Below are positions 36,441-46,362 of a stretch of 64,000 nt of DNA, piece after piece. The first letter of the stretch is position 1. Every line of letters begins with the position of its first letter. A program made the position numbers and the translations under genes. The DNA comes from an uncultured Latescibacterota bacterium (GTDB lineage: Bacteria; Latescibacterota; UBA2968), in NCBI GenBank assembly GCA_951812755.1, contig OX638329.1:6003107-6067106 (forward strand). Reading direction: 5' to 3'. Under the pieces are notes generated by a model, which saw nothing but the letters and a program-made list of their open reading frames with translations, did not search any database and was not told the origin of the DNA.

Positions 36441-36464
36441 AAAAATTCTATGAATGTTAAGAGA

Positions 36465-36711
36465 CTGTTTTAAAACTCATTTTGCCCCTTCTCAGCTATG
36501 CGCTATTGCCCTGTCATTCTGAGCCTTTCGGCTTCGCTCAAGATAAACTCCGCGCAGCGGAGTCGAAGGAGCGGGGTATGAAGGCGAGTAAATCGAGCAT
36601 GACTGCGTAGCAGTTCATCTCTTACCAACTCAGGTGGAAAAGATGCTTCGGCTACGCTCAGCATGACAAAACGCCTGACATGCGTAACATCAGGTATTAA
36701 TTTTAAAACAG
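36465..36711 (+). repeat. Composite repeat (families B/C), upstream copy
   Basis: Aligns end to end with 38032-38242 apart from two internal indel blocks. Confidence 0.75.
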
Positions 36712-36727
36712 CTTCTAAGGAGAAAAC

Positions 36728-37978
36728 ATGGCAAAAACACACCTGACCATTGAAGGCGAAAAATTTCTGATAAACGAGAAGGTGACGTATTCAGACATTG
36801 ATGGAACGAGACCTGGCGCCCATGGACTGTTGATGAATGCTCGATTCATCCAGGGCATTTTTGACGACGCGATGGAACCTGAACGCTTTGCGCGATGGGG
36901 CCACAGCGAATGGGATCCCACAGCCAACACCGAGCGTCTCATTGCGGCACTGCCCGAATGGTATCGCTATGGACTGCGCGCATTCACAACCGGATTTCAG
37001 GGCGGAGGCCCGTGTTTTACAGCACCAAATCACACCATCCAGAACAACCCCTTTGGCGAAGACGGCCTGAACCTCGACGCCGACTACGCCGAGCGGATGG
37101 ACAAATTGATCCGGGGAGCAGATGCAGTTGGAATGATCGTCATCGTCAGCTTCTTTTACGGCTCGCAAACCCGCTGGATAGAAGATGAAAAAGCCATCCG
37201 CAACGCCGTAACAACCGCCTCGCGTTTTGTAAAAGAATATCCCAACGTCATCATCGAAGTCGCAAACGAGATGAATATTGGATCATTCGCAAATCATCCC
37301 ATTATTCAAGAGCCAGAAGGAATGGCAACTCTACTGGATCTCGCGCGAAAAGAATCGGGCGGCTTGCCCTGTGGATGCAGCGGAGGCGGTGGATATCACA
37401 ACCGGGAAGTCGCCGAAGCCAGCGACGTCATCCTCATTCACGGAAACGGCTGCACGCGGCAGCGATATCACAACATGATACGAGAAGTGCAAAGCTGGAA
37501 CCTGAACCGCCCCATCGTGTGCAACGAAGATTCTCAAGCCATCGGACAACTCCAGGTCGCCTATAAAACGCAGACCTCCTGGGGATATTACAACAACATG
37601 ACCAAACAAGAGCCACCCGCCGACTGGGGAATCACCATCGGAGAAGACACCTTTTTTGCACACCGGATGGCAGAAGGCATAGGAATCGACACAGACCCGA
37701 TTGATGACCAGTACTACCTCCAGGGCCTGGAACCCAATTGGGAATATCAGGGCCAGCGCTGGCTTCGACTCGCCAGCTTATATCCCGAAACAATCAGCTA
37801 TGTCGATTTTTATCGGAATGGCAAATTCTACGATACCGCGTATGACGAACCCTTTTCCCTGCACTTTCAGACCAACTGGCGGCAAGGCGGCATTGAAGTT
37901 CGAGACAATGACAGAGAATGGAAAGCCGTTATTCACCTCGGTGATGGGGAAGTGATCGAATTAGAAATTAGGAATTAG
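36728..37978 (+). CDS. Putative TIM-barrel glycoside hydrolase (GH5-like); function uncertain
   Basis: IIEVANEMN (NE motif typical of clan GH-A). Good RBS AAGGAG. Confidence 0.45.
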   Translation: MAKTHLTIEGEKFLINEKVTYSDIDGTRPGAHGLLMNARFIQGIFDDAMEPERFARWGHSEWDPTANTERLIAALPEWYRYGLRAFTTGFQGGGPCFTAPNHTIQNNPFGEDGLNLDADYAERMDKLIRGADAVGMIVIVSFFYGSQTRWIEDEKAIRNAVTTASRFVKEYPNVIIEVANEMNIGSFANHPIIQEPEGMATLLDLARKESGGLPCGCSGGGGYHNREVAEASDVILIHGNGCTRQRYHNMIREVQSWNLNRPIVCNEDSQAIGQLQVAYKTQTSWGYYNNMTKQEPPADWGITIGEDTFFAHRMAEGIGIDTDPIDDQYYLQGLEPNWEYQGQRWLRLASLYPETISYVDFYRNGKFYDTAYDEPFSLHFQTNWRQGGIEVRDNDREWKAVIHLGDGEVIELEIRN

Positions 37979-38031
37979 GAATTAAGAAGCGGTGTACAAT
38001 TGGTCGTTTCTCAGACCAGTTCATTAAGAAG

Positions 38032-38242
38032 CTGTTTTAAAACTCATTTTGCCCCTTCTCAGCTATGCGCTATTGCCCTGTCATTCTGAGCGGAGCGCAG
38101 CGGAGTCGAAGGAGCGGGGTACAACTGGCCGCTTCTCAGGCCAGTTCATCTCTTACCAACTCAGGTGGAAAAGATGCTTCGGCTACGCTCAGCATGACAA
38201 AACGCCGGACATGCGTAACATCAGGTATTAATTTTAAAACAG
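38032..38242 (+). repeat. Composite repeat (families B/C), downstream copy
   Basis: See 36465-36711. Confidence 0.75.
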
Positions 38243-38363
38243 TCTCTAAGAATTAAGAAGCGGTGTACAATTGGTCGTTTCTCAGACCAGTTCATTAAGG
38301 AACGATGTACAACTGCGATAGCAGTTCATTGCTCTCCAATTCTTAATTCTCAATTTTTAATTT

Positions 38364-39566
38364 TTAATTCGCATTTAAAAACTCATCCAGCGCATTTACC
38401 GCCTGGTCAATATGTTCTTTCTCAACCACCAGCGGCGGCAAAAAACGCACCACATCTGGCCCTGCGACACATACTAGAATATCGTTATTTTCTCGAATCG
38501 CATTCATCGCATCCGCCGCCGGTATCTCTTTCAGCACCGCGCCCGCGATCAACCCGCTGCCGCGAATTTCCGTCACCTTATCGGCGTGTTTGTCCTTCAA
38601 AGCATTCAGCTTCCCAAACAAATACGCACTCTTCTCCTGGATACCCGCAATAAATTCGGAATCGGATATCGTCTTAAACACCTCAATCGCCACCGCGCAC
38701 GACACGGGATGCGCTCCAAAAGTCGCGGCGTGATCCCCCGGCTCCACGGCATCGGCCACATCCTGCGTCACAAGCGTCGCCCCAATCGGCAACCCGCCAG
38801 CTAAGGGTTTGGCAAGCGTCATAATATCTGGCGCCACGCCGTACTGCTCATAGCAAAACAGCGAACCAGCCCGCCCCAAACCACACTGAATCTCATCGAA
38901 AATCAACAACATCTTCATCTCATCGCACAGGGCGCGCACACCTTCCAAAAATGCCGGATCTGCCGAATGAATACCCCCTTCTGCCTGTAATGGCTCCAAC
39001 AGCACAGCCACCGTCTGACCATCTGCTATCTTCTCCACCGACTCCAAATCGTTCAAATCGGCAAACTCAATACCCGGCAGCATCGGCCCAAAACCCTGGT
39101 GATATCTGGGTTGACCCGTTGCAGAAATCCCACCATACGTTCGCCCGTGAAAAGAATTATTCATCGCAATAATTTTATTCTTCGGCGCATCTTCAAAATT
39201 TTTATACCCCCACTTGCGCGCAAACTTCAACGCAGCCTCAATGGACTCTGTGCCGCTATTGCAGAAAAATACGCGATCTGCAAACGAATGCTCGCACAAC
39301 AACTGTGCCAGTTGAGGCGCTGGAATCGTGTGATACAAATTTGAAACATGGATCAACTTGCCCAACTGCGCGTTGGCAGCCTCTTGAATCATCGAATTAT
39401 TATATCCCAGGGCATTGACAGACAAGCCACTTACAAAATCGAGATAATGCTTCCCATCCGTATCCGCAATATGGACCCCATCGCCCTTTTCCAGCACAAA
39501 CTCGGGCCGTCCATAAGTTTGCAATATATACTTCTGTTCTAAGTCAATAATTTCTCGAGTCGTCAT
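38364..39566 (-). CDS. argD: Acetylornithine aminotransferase
   Basis: Class III aminotransferase pattern (DFVSGLSVNALGY, FCNSGTES, FDEIQCGLGRAG). Located in the arg cluster. Confidence 0.9.
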   Translation of the reverse strand: MTTREIIDLEQKYILQTYGRPEFVLEKGDGVHIADTDGKHYLDFVSGLSVNALGYNNSMIQEAANAQLGKLIHVSNLYHTIPAPQLAQLLCEHSFADRVFFCNSGTESIEAALKFARKWGYKNFEDAPKNKIIAMNNSFHGRTYGGISATGQPRYHQGFGPMLPGIEFADLNDLESVEKIADGQTVAVLLEPLQAEGGIHSADPAFLEGVRALCDEMKMLLIFDEIQCGLGRAGSLFCYEQYGVAPDIMTLAKPLAGGLPIGATLVTQDVADAVEPGDHAATFGAHPVSCAVAIEVFKTISDSEFIAGIQEKSAYLFGKLNALKDKHADKVTEIRGSGLIAGAVLKEIPAADAMNAIRENNDILVCVAGPDVVRFLPPLVVEKEHIDQAVNALDEFLNAN

Positions 39567-39630
39567 GCTAAATCCTTATGTTAAAAGGCTATCGGCTTTT
39601 AGCTTTCAGCTCCCCGCCCAACTACTCCAG

Positions 39631-39846
39631 TGGATTGCGGCTCAAAATCATGCCGCAATGACGGATGCCTCGTCTTATATCTTTGTGTCTTTGTGTCTTT
39701 GTGTGAAACCCCCTCACATCTCACCGCTATTGCACAATTGGATTGCGGCTCAAAATCATGCCGCAATGACGGATGCCTCGTCTTATATCTTTGTGTCTTT
39801 GTGTCTTTGTGTGAGACCCCCTCACATCTCACCGCTATTGAACAAT
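39631..39846 (+). repeat. 108-bp tandem duplication (x2) containing the family A core and a TCTTTGTG microrepeat
   Basis: The unit starting TGGATTGCGGCTCAAAATCATGCCGCAATGACGG occurs at 39631 and 39739. The second copy runs into the argB stop codon. Confidence 0.8.
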
Positions 39847-40740
39847 TTGCGTTCCAATACCCTCGCGGGTAAAAATCTCCAGCAAAAGTGCGTGCGGAAC
39901 ACTGCCATCAATAATATGCGTCTTGTGAACACCGCCCTTCACAGAACGCTCACACGCGCGCAACTTGGGAATCATCCCCCCGCTGGCAATACCTCTCTCA
40001 ATCAGCATCTCCACGTCATTGACATGCAGTGTTGAAATCTGCGAATTCGGATCGTCTGGAAACCGCCGGATGCCGTTCACATCCGTCAAAAACACCAGCT
40101 TCTCCGCTTGCAGTGCCCGCGCAATCTCGCCAGCTGCCGTATCGGCATTCACATTATAACTCTCGCCATCTGGCCCCAATCCAACAGGCGAAATAACGGG
40201 AATCATGCCTTCTTCACAAGCCAGACGGATGGGTTCGGGATCAATTCGGGCAACATCGCCAACATAGCCGATATCGACCCTCTTCGTCTCCCCATCTTCC
40301 TCCTCTACCGTCGCAAAATGCTGCGTCACATACATCACGCCAGCGTCTTTGGCCGACATGCCGCGCGCGCGTCCATCGAGTATCTCCAGACCATCGACAA
40401 TGCGCCGATTCACCTCGCCAAACAACGTATCTTCCACCACCTGCATCGACGCCTTATCGGTCACCCGCAATCCATTGACCCATTCCGATTCAATACCCGA
40501 CGCCTCCAGACGCCTGCTAATATCCTTCCCGCCGCCGTGTACAACCACAGGACGCATACCCACGGTTTCCATAAACACCAGATCGGCCATTATCGTAGGG
40601 GAGCCACCCTCTTCGGGCTGTGTGCTACCGCCGTATTTCACCACAATAATTTTGTCGCGAAACGCGCGAATATACGGAAATGCCTCAATTAAAATCTCAG
40701 CCTTTTCAATGATCTTGTAATCCAAGGTCTTCTCCATCAC
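39835..40740 (-). CDS. argB: Acetylglutamate kinase
   Basis: VVKYGGS, VVHGGG, amino-acid kinase fold motifs. Confidence 0.9.
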   Translation of the reverse strand: MMEKTLDYKIIEKAEILIEAFPYIRAFRDKIIVVKYGGSTQPEEGGSPTIMADLVFMETVGMRPVVVHGGGKDISRRLEASGIESEWVNGLRVTDKASMQVVEDTLFGEVNRRIVDGLEILDGRARGMSAKDAGVMYVTQHFATVEEEDGETKRVDIGYVGDVARIDPEPIRLACEEGMIPVISPVGLGPDGESYNVNADTAAGEIARALQAEKLVFLTDVNGIRRFPDDPNSQISTLHVNDVEMLIERGIASGGMIPKLRACERSVKGGVHKTHIIDGSVPHALLLEIFTREGIGTQIVQ

Positions 40741-41669
40741 ACTGTAGTAATCCCATAAAGACGCGGCAAGCCTTGCATCAAATTCATATTTTCCACAGCC
40801 TGCGTAGCCGCGCCTTTTTGCAAATTGTCTTCCAGGGCATTGATATAAGCAAAACCGCCATCAACGCCCAACTTGATAATCAATTTATGTGTATCCACCA
40901 CATCGCGCGTACCCCACCAATGCGCGTCGGAATCTTCAACCACCTGCACCAGATCGTCAGCGCCATAAGCATTGGCAACCGTCTCGCGCAACTGCGCAGC
41001 GGCATCTTCACTTGTCAGCACCTTCAACTCATCAGCCAATTCAATTCGAATATTTGCATTGATCCCCGCAAATACCGACCGCAGAACAACAGGCGTAAAA
41101 TTCACTTCAAAACCCGAATACAAAACCATTTCGGGCACATGTTTGTGTCGCTTGCCATAGCTATACGCAATCTCATTTGACACATCCTCAACCTCGGCTC
41201 GCGCACCCGAATTGCCCGAAGTCGCCACAATCGTCGCTTCCCCTTGCACGAGCGATTTGAGAGGATACAGAGACAAAATAACACTCGTGGGATAACAGCC
41301 CGGATTGCCCACCAGACGCGCCATAGCAATCTCTTTGGCAAACAAAGCTGGCATGCCATAAACCGCTTCTTTGAGCAACTCAGACGCCGTATGCGCCAGG
41401 CCATAACCCCTTTCAAACGCCTCTCTCGGCAACCGAAAAGCACCACTCATATCGATCACCTTCGCACCTGCGGCCAGTGCTTCGGGCGCAAACTTCATCG
41501 ACTCGGGATCCTTCGTCGCCAAAAACACCACATCGCAATCAGCCAAATTGCCTTCCCGACGCCTTGAATTTTGTCGAAACGCGATATTTGCCCGATCGTG
41601 GTGCTTTAACACCTTTTGGATTTCCTGCCCCACCATCCCCGTATCGCCGTAAATACCTATTTTGATCAC
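40737..41669 (-). CDS. argC: N-acetyl-gamma-glutamyl-phosphate reductase
   Basis: GIYGDTGMVG, GNPGCYPTS active-site Cys motif. Confidence 0.88.
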   Translation of the reverse strand: MIKIGIYGDTGMVGQEIQKVLKHHDRANIAFRQNSRRREGNLADCDVVFLATKDPESMKFAPEALAAGAKVIDMSGAFRLPREAFERGYGLAHTASELLKEAVYGMPALFAKEIAMARLVGNPGCYPTSVILSLYPLKSLVQGEATIVATSGNSGARAEVEDVSNEIAYSYGKRHKHVPEMVLYSGFEVNFTPVVLRSVFAGINANIRIELADELKVLTSEDAAAQLRETVANAYGADDLVQVVEDSDAHWWGTRDVVDTHKLIIKLGVDGGFAYINALEDNLQKGAATQAVENMNLMQGLPRLYGITTV

Positions 41670-41835
41670 AATTATACCCTTTTGAATTCCTTTATCAAAT
41701 TGATCAACCGGACTTCACGCTCATCCTTTACCATATCCCTGAGTGGTCGAAGCGGTCTGGCACAACTCACCCATACGCCATCTTTGAAAATTAAAAGTGC
41801 GGACTCATCATTTGCTTGCGTGTCTCGTATATTGC

Positions 41836-42321
41836 TCATGAGCCTGTATTCCCAATTTGCCCCTGAATATCGCGCTCGAGATTTTCCCGCGCTTCAGGCG
41901 AACGACACAAAATAAAAATCGTATTCTCACCCGCAAGAGTACCCACGACTTCGGGCCACGACATCTGATCTATGGACTCACAAACCCCCTGCGCGTGCCC
42001 CGTTATCGTCTTTACAACCAGCATAAGGTCAACCCCATCTACACCCACGACAAAATCCTGCAATTCGCGCCGGAGCAAATTCTCGCCCTGTAATACCAGC
42101 CGATCTACCCCGATAAACGCACCGGGAACCTGATAGCGAAACCCACCTTCGCCATCGGGCACTTTAACCACACCCAACTCCTTAATATCTTTTGACAGAG
42201 TTGATTGCGTAGTCGAAATCCCAACATCCATCAACGCGGTGCTGAGTTCCTCTTGCCGAGCAATGGGCTGATGTGCAATCAGCTCTAAAATTTTTTGCTG
42301 GCGTTCTTGTTTCGCGCTCAT
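41836..42321 (-). CDS. argR: Arginine repressor
   Basis: N-terminal wHTH (QEELSTALMDVGISTTQSTLSKDIKELG) and C-terminal oligomerisation domain (GTLAGENTIFI). Confidence 0.9.
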   Translation of the reverse strand: MSAKQERQQKILELIAHQPIARQEELSTALMDVGISTTQSTLSKDIKELGVVKVPDGEGGFRYQVPGAFIGVDRLVLQGENLLRRELQDFVVGVDGVDLMLVVKTITGHAQGVCESIDQMSWPEVVGTLAGENTIFILCRSPEARENLERDIQGQIGNTGS

Positions 42322-42359
42322 AAGACCATAAAAATACGTGAAGATTCGTCTAAGTCAAG

Positions 42360-42389
42360 AATAAAAATTCAAAAAAATGAATTTTTATT
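42360..42389. promoter_or_regulatory. ARG-box-like perfect palindrome upstream of argR
   Basis: AATAAAAATTCA-AAAAAA-TGAATTTTTATT. The arms match the TGAAT(A/T)n ATTCA ARG-box consensus. It overlaps the S9 peptidase stop codon. Confidence 0.45.
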
Positions 42390-44724
42390 CCTCTTTAGCG
42401 TACTTATCCAACCACTCTGACATCTCCCACAGAACGTGCATAACCGACTCGCGCGCCCGATATCCGTGGCTCTCGTGCGGCAACATCACCAATCGACAGA
42501 TGGCGCCGTGTCCCTTGAGCGCGTTGTAAAATCGCTCGCTCTGCATGGGAAACGTACCCGAATTATTATCCGCCTCACCGTGAATAAGCAGCAAAGGTGC
42601 CTTAATTTTGGGCGCGTGATAAAAAGGAGACATCGCCGCATAAATATCTGCTGCCTGCCAGAACGTGCGCTCTTCCGCCTGAAAACCAAAAGGCGTCAAC
42701 GTGCGGTTATACGCGCCACTGCGCGCAATACCACAACAAAACAAATCGGTATGTGCCAGCAAATTCGCCGTCATAAAACCGCCGTAAGAATGTCCCCCCA
42801 CCGCCACTTTTTCTGGATCCGCCACGCCCAGACTTACCAACTCATCAACCGCGGCCCTTGCACTATCGGCGAGTTGCGCCACATAAGTATCATTTGCCTC
42901 GCGATCTCCCTCGCCCACAATCGGCATCGCCGGACCATCCAGCACAGCATAACCCCGCGCCAAAAAAGGCAACGCGCCATGCGGACTGATACGCACAAAG
43001 CGAAAAGGAGAATCCTTCACCTGACCCGCGGCATCTGCACTCTTAAATTCGCGGGGATAAGCCCACATCAACACCGGTAGCGGACCATCGTCTTTTTTAT
43101 ATCCAGGCGGCAAATACAACGTCCCATTCAACTGCACCCCATCTTCGCGCTGGTACTGAATCAACGACTTCTGTACCGCCTTCAATTGCGGCATAGGATG
43201 AACAAAATGCGTAATCTGCCGCATATTGTTGCGCTTCAAATCCCGCAAATAATAATTGGTTGGCTCATCAACGCCCTCCCGGCTCATCAACACCGTATTG
43301 GCATCGATCATCATCGTTGGCCGCTCGTAAAAAGGCGCCTGAGAATGCATGAGACGTTCCGCCTTACCCGTCTCCAGATCATAGCGATCCAAAAACGGGC
43401 GATCGCCTTTGGGAGACGCACCATCGCCTGCAAAAAACAGATGGCGTTGTGACGCATCCGTCAGCAACACGGACCGACCATTGGGCAACCGCGTAAACAC
43501 GGGCGCGCCCGGCGCGCCATAGCGATCTTCCCACGACCGATCAAACAACACCTGCGGTTCAAAATCCGAATCATCCGGTCGAATGCGCCACGTCCGCACG
43601 CGCCGCGTCTTCCACCAGCGTTCTGAAACCAACGCGAGATCACCTGTACCCCACGAACACCCGCCATAGCGCATCGCCAGCGACATGAACGCGCGCCCAT
43701 CGCCCTCATAAGGCGCGTCGAGCGCATATACAATATCCCGCACCGCCACATCCACCTCGGGATCGCCCCCATCCTGTGCTATAACCCACGTCACGGTTGC
43801 AGGCGCGTCTGCCCGCCAGCCAAACGAACGCGCACCTTCGGGCACGGCATCATAAGCAATCGGAATAGACTCGGCCAATGGCAAATCCACGAGTTCGCGC
43901 ACCTCGCGCCCGTCCAGATCCCAGATCGCCACCTTTGTCGGAAAACGGTACGAAGGCACCAGATACGAAAACGGTCGGTGAAAAGTCGATACCAGCACAT
44001 AGCGACCATCTGGCGACGGGTCGGCGCGATAGATCAGCCCGGGAGAACCTAAGGGTCTCACATCGCCATTCAGGCGCACAAGTACAACCTGTGAAGTGGC
44101 ATAATATTCAAATAACAACTCATCATGTGCATTCTTCAACAAATCTTGATACGTACGCGATGGCGCTGCCCGCTCCCCCACATTTTCCTGTACCACCGGA
44201 CCTCTGGGCACATGCGAAACCTCGGGCGGCTCGCCCCGACCATCGCACACCGCGCGCACCAACAGCCCCGAACTATCCGGCAACCAGGCGATTGCCCCCC
44301 CAAACACCTTATTCAATTTCACATCGCCAACCGGACGCGCCCTGCCCGTCTCCGCATTGCCAACCCACAGAGCAATCCCATTGTCACCCGTCACCGAAAA
44401 AGCAAACCACCGCCCATCGGGCGCCCAATACGCCCGTCCAATTCTCGCGTCCTTCGGCAACCCCGTCACAGGTATTTCACGACCATCGGCAACCCATTTG
44501 AGCGTTAGCCCATTGTAAAATCCCACGCGACTTTGCCCATTGACATCCGGATCCAGGCGCAATCCCGCCAGGCGCAACTCGGACCGCGACACCTCTTCAA
44601 TAGACGGTGCGCCCGGACGGTGCATCAACAGCAGCACTGTCCTCGTCGGATCAATACTAAACGAAGGCGTCAAAGGCGCGTCAACAATCGCAGCGAGTTC
44701 TTCGGGTGGCATCTCGTAAGACAT
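42385..44724 (-). CDS. S9 family serine peptidase (prolyl oligopeptidase/dipeptidyl peptidase-like) with N-terminal beta-propeller
   Basis: GGHSYGGFMT nucleophile elbow. C-terminal D and H region (IHGEADNN, HESHGY). Start chosen at ATG 44724 with an AAGGAG RBS. Confidence 0.85.
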   Translation of the reverse strand: MSYEMPPEELAAIVDAPLTPSFSIDPTRTVLLLMHRPGAPSIEEVSRSELRLAGLRLDPDVNGQSRVGFYNGLTLKWVADGREIPVTGLPKDARIGRAYWAPDGRWFAFSVTGDNGIALWVGNAETGRARPVGDVKLNKVFGGAIAWLPDSSGLLVRAVCDGRGEPPEVSHVPRGPVVQENVGERAAPSRTYQDLLKNAHDELLFEYYATSQVVLVRLNGDVRPLGSPGLIYRADPSPDGRYVLVSTFHRPFSYLVPSYRFPTKVAIWDLDGREVRELVDLPLAESIPIAYDAVPEGARSFGWRADAPATVTWVIAQDGGDPEVDVAVRDIVYALDAPYEGDGRAFMSLAMRYGGCSWGTGDLALVSERWWKTRRVRTWRIRPDDSDFEPQVLFDRSWEDRYGAPGAPVFTRLPNGRSVLLTDASQRHLFFAGDGASPKGDRPFLDRYDLETGKAERLMHSQAPFYERPTMMIDANTVLMSREGVDEPTNYYLRDLKRNNMRQITHFVHPMPQLKAVQKSLIQYQREDGVQLNGTLYLPPGYKKDDGPLPVLMWAYPREFKSADAAGQVKDSPFRFVRISPHGALPFLARGYAVLDGPAMPIVGEGDREANDTYVAQLADSARAAVDELVSLGVADPEKVAVGGHSYGGFMTANLLAHTDLFCCGIARSGAYNRTLTPFGFQAEERTFWQAADIYAAMSPFYHAPKIKAPLLLIHGEADNNSGTFPMQSERFYNALKGHGAICRLVMLPHESHGYRARESVMHVLWEMSEWLDKYAKEE

Positions 44725-44747
44725 GATTTCTATGCTCCTTTTTCTGG

Positions 44748-45119
44748 TTACGGTATATCCAGAGAAAATAAAACACCTATCGCAATACCCATCGCAAACA
44801 TAAATAAACCCCAATACAATCCATACATATTTTTTCGAAAAAACCTCTTATACATCCACATCGGCAATGTCACATTTTGTTTTTTATATTTTCTAAATGA
44901 CTGAGCCAATTGAATTTCGATCAATCCATCCAAAACCTCTTGTAAATGTGCAACAGTTACTTCCCTATATTCTCCATCCAACATTTTTACAATTAAAGGA
45001 TCTCTATCACTTAAAAACTGAGAATCGTTTTTACTATCGTAAACATATCCATCATCATACATTTGCTGCACGATATTCTGCACAATATCTTCAGGGACTT
45101 TTACATAAATAGATTGCAT
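44748..45119 (-). CDS. Hypothetical small membrane protein (AT-rich gene)
   Basis: AGGAGG RBS. C-terminal TM helix LYWGLFMFAMGIAIGVLFSL. Confidence 0.5.
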   Translation of the reverse strand: MQSIYVKVPEDIVQNIVQQMYDDGYVYDSKNDSQFLSDRDPLIVKMLDGEYREVTVAHLQEVLDGLIEIQLAQSFRKYKKQNVTLPMWMYKRFFRKNMYGLYWGLFMFAMGIAIGVLFSLDIP

Positions 45120-45161
45120 GTTTCTCCTCCTGTATCAGTTCGACAAGCCCTAAATGCGCCA

Positions 45162-46310
45162 TCAAAACGGAGTAACTCCAAACCATTTCTTGTAATAAAA
45201 CGGACTATTCTCATCTTCATTCAATTGCTTTACCACCTCGTAGAACCACAAATCCAACGGCATCTCATGCGCGTCCAATCTCGGAAAAGGATTAAAATCA
45301 TCGGTCGCCAGCGTCCTGCCAATCACATCTATCATCCCCAACCCCAACTCTGGCACATCCACGCGCTGGATACCCGCTCTCTCCATCAATTTATCATACA
45401 CATAAGACATCGTCGTACCGCCCGGAATAAACGGCAAAGCCCGCGTCCGCATCACCGGAAAAAACGCATCTATCACCTTCCGGTCTGTACCATAAGCCGC
45501 AGAAGTCGCCGCATGAAGCGCGTCCTTGGGCAAATACAAACTCGTGGAATACGCGCCATTGCGCCCGTATTCCACGGCTTTTGGATCGCGGCTCGGCTTG
45601 TCCAAACTGCCGCGCCAATCGCAAAAAGCCGTCACAGCCACGGAAATTCCCGAATCCATCAGCGCATCTGTAAACTGCACAGCCATATCGCCCATCAAAA
45701 ATTTGGTCGCCTCAACAGCCCGTTCAGACAAAGGCGTCAACTGCCACTGGAACAAACCCTCTGCATCGACATCCTTCACAAATGTCGGTGGATAGCCCGG
45801 CAACATCCCCGAACTCGCTGCCGCCATAGAATTGATATAAACCACATCCTCCGCATCGGCTGCTTTGAGCGCATCTACGATCTTATCCAACGCCCTCCCC
45901 TCCAACGCATACCCATCATTAACCCAGTGAAAACGATCTCCCAAACCAGCCGCATCTGCGTGCCTCTGCATCTCCTCGCCCGTCGCATATCCCAGCGACC
46001 TCGACAAATCGCGTGCCACCACCGTCAGACTTCCACTTTCGGCAATTAGCTCGAGCAACGCCACTGCCACCGAACAGCCAATACCCAACCCCGTCCCTCC
46101 AATAATGACAAAATGTCGTCCCTTTGCCCAATCGAGCGCGTACCTATCCACAGCAGCGCGCTGTGCCGACCGCCGCTGATCCAGCAATTTCACCGCCTCT
46201 GCCGGAAACGCCTCAACCTCTTCTTTGCTCGGCCGCGAAAGCGCCGGCGCGCCTTCCACGACACGCACCCCTAACATCGGACTTGCAAACGGACTTGGAA
46301 ATTCACTCAT
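45162..46310 (-). CDS. Rossmann-fold oxidoreductase, possibly a FabV-like enoyl reductase (uncertain)
   Basis: FVIIGGTGLGIG dinucleotide-binding motif. Size of about 380 aa. The family assignment is a weak recollection only. Confidence 0.4.
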   Translation of the reverse strand: MSEFPSPFASPMLGVRVVEGAPALSRPSKEEVEAFPAEAVKLLDQRRSAQRAAVDRYALDWAKGRHFVIIGGTGLGIGCSVAVALLELIAESGSLTVVARDLSRSLGYATGEEMQRHADAAGLGDRFHWVNDGYALEGRALDKIVDALKAADAEDVVYINSMAAASSGMLPGYPPTFVKDVDAEGLFQWQLTPLSERAVEATKFLMGDMAVQFTDALMDSGISVAVTAFCDWRGSLDKPSRDPKAVEYGRNGAYSTSLYLPKDALHAATSAAYGTDRKVIDAFFPVMRTRALPFIPGGTTMSYVYDKLMERAGIQRVDVPELGLGMIDVIGRTLATDDFNPFPRLDAHEMPLDLWFYEVVKQLNEDENSPFYYKKWFGVTPF

Positions 46311-46362
46311 ATTATTTCTCCTATTAACGGGCGGGTTTCAAACCCGCCCCTACTTGACCCTA

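Noticed and set aside
36377-36460. Short ORF MAKTYPQMDADGRRWTQMDADKKFYEC across the 10-bp microsatellite
   Set aside because: It is created by the tandem repeat and the duplicated RBS and ATG, and is unlikely to be a real protein. It is mentioned under the bracketed-gene finding.
39565-40035. 156-aa + ORF, plus the ORFs at 39599-39832 (-) and 39630-39872 (+)
   Set aside because: They read through the 108-bp tandem repeat and into antisense argB, so their duplicated peptides are artefacts.
42436-44508. Several + strand ORFs of 127-214 aa (42436-43080, 43878-44501, 44125-44508)
   Set aside because: They are shadows of the S9 peptidase gene, R/H/P-rich.
45063-46049. 328-aa + strand ORF rich in R/H/P/I
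   Set aside because: It is a shadow ORF antisense to the well-supported 382-aa minus-strand gene, with low-complexity composition and no RBS.
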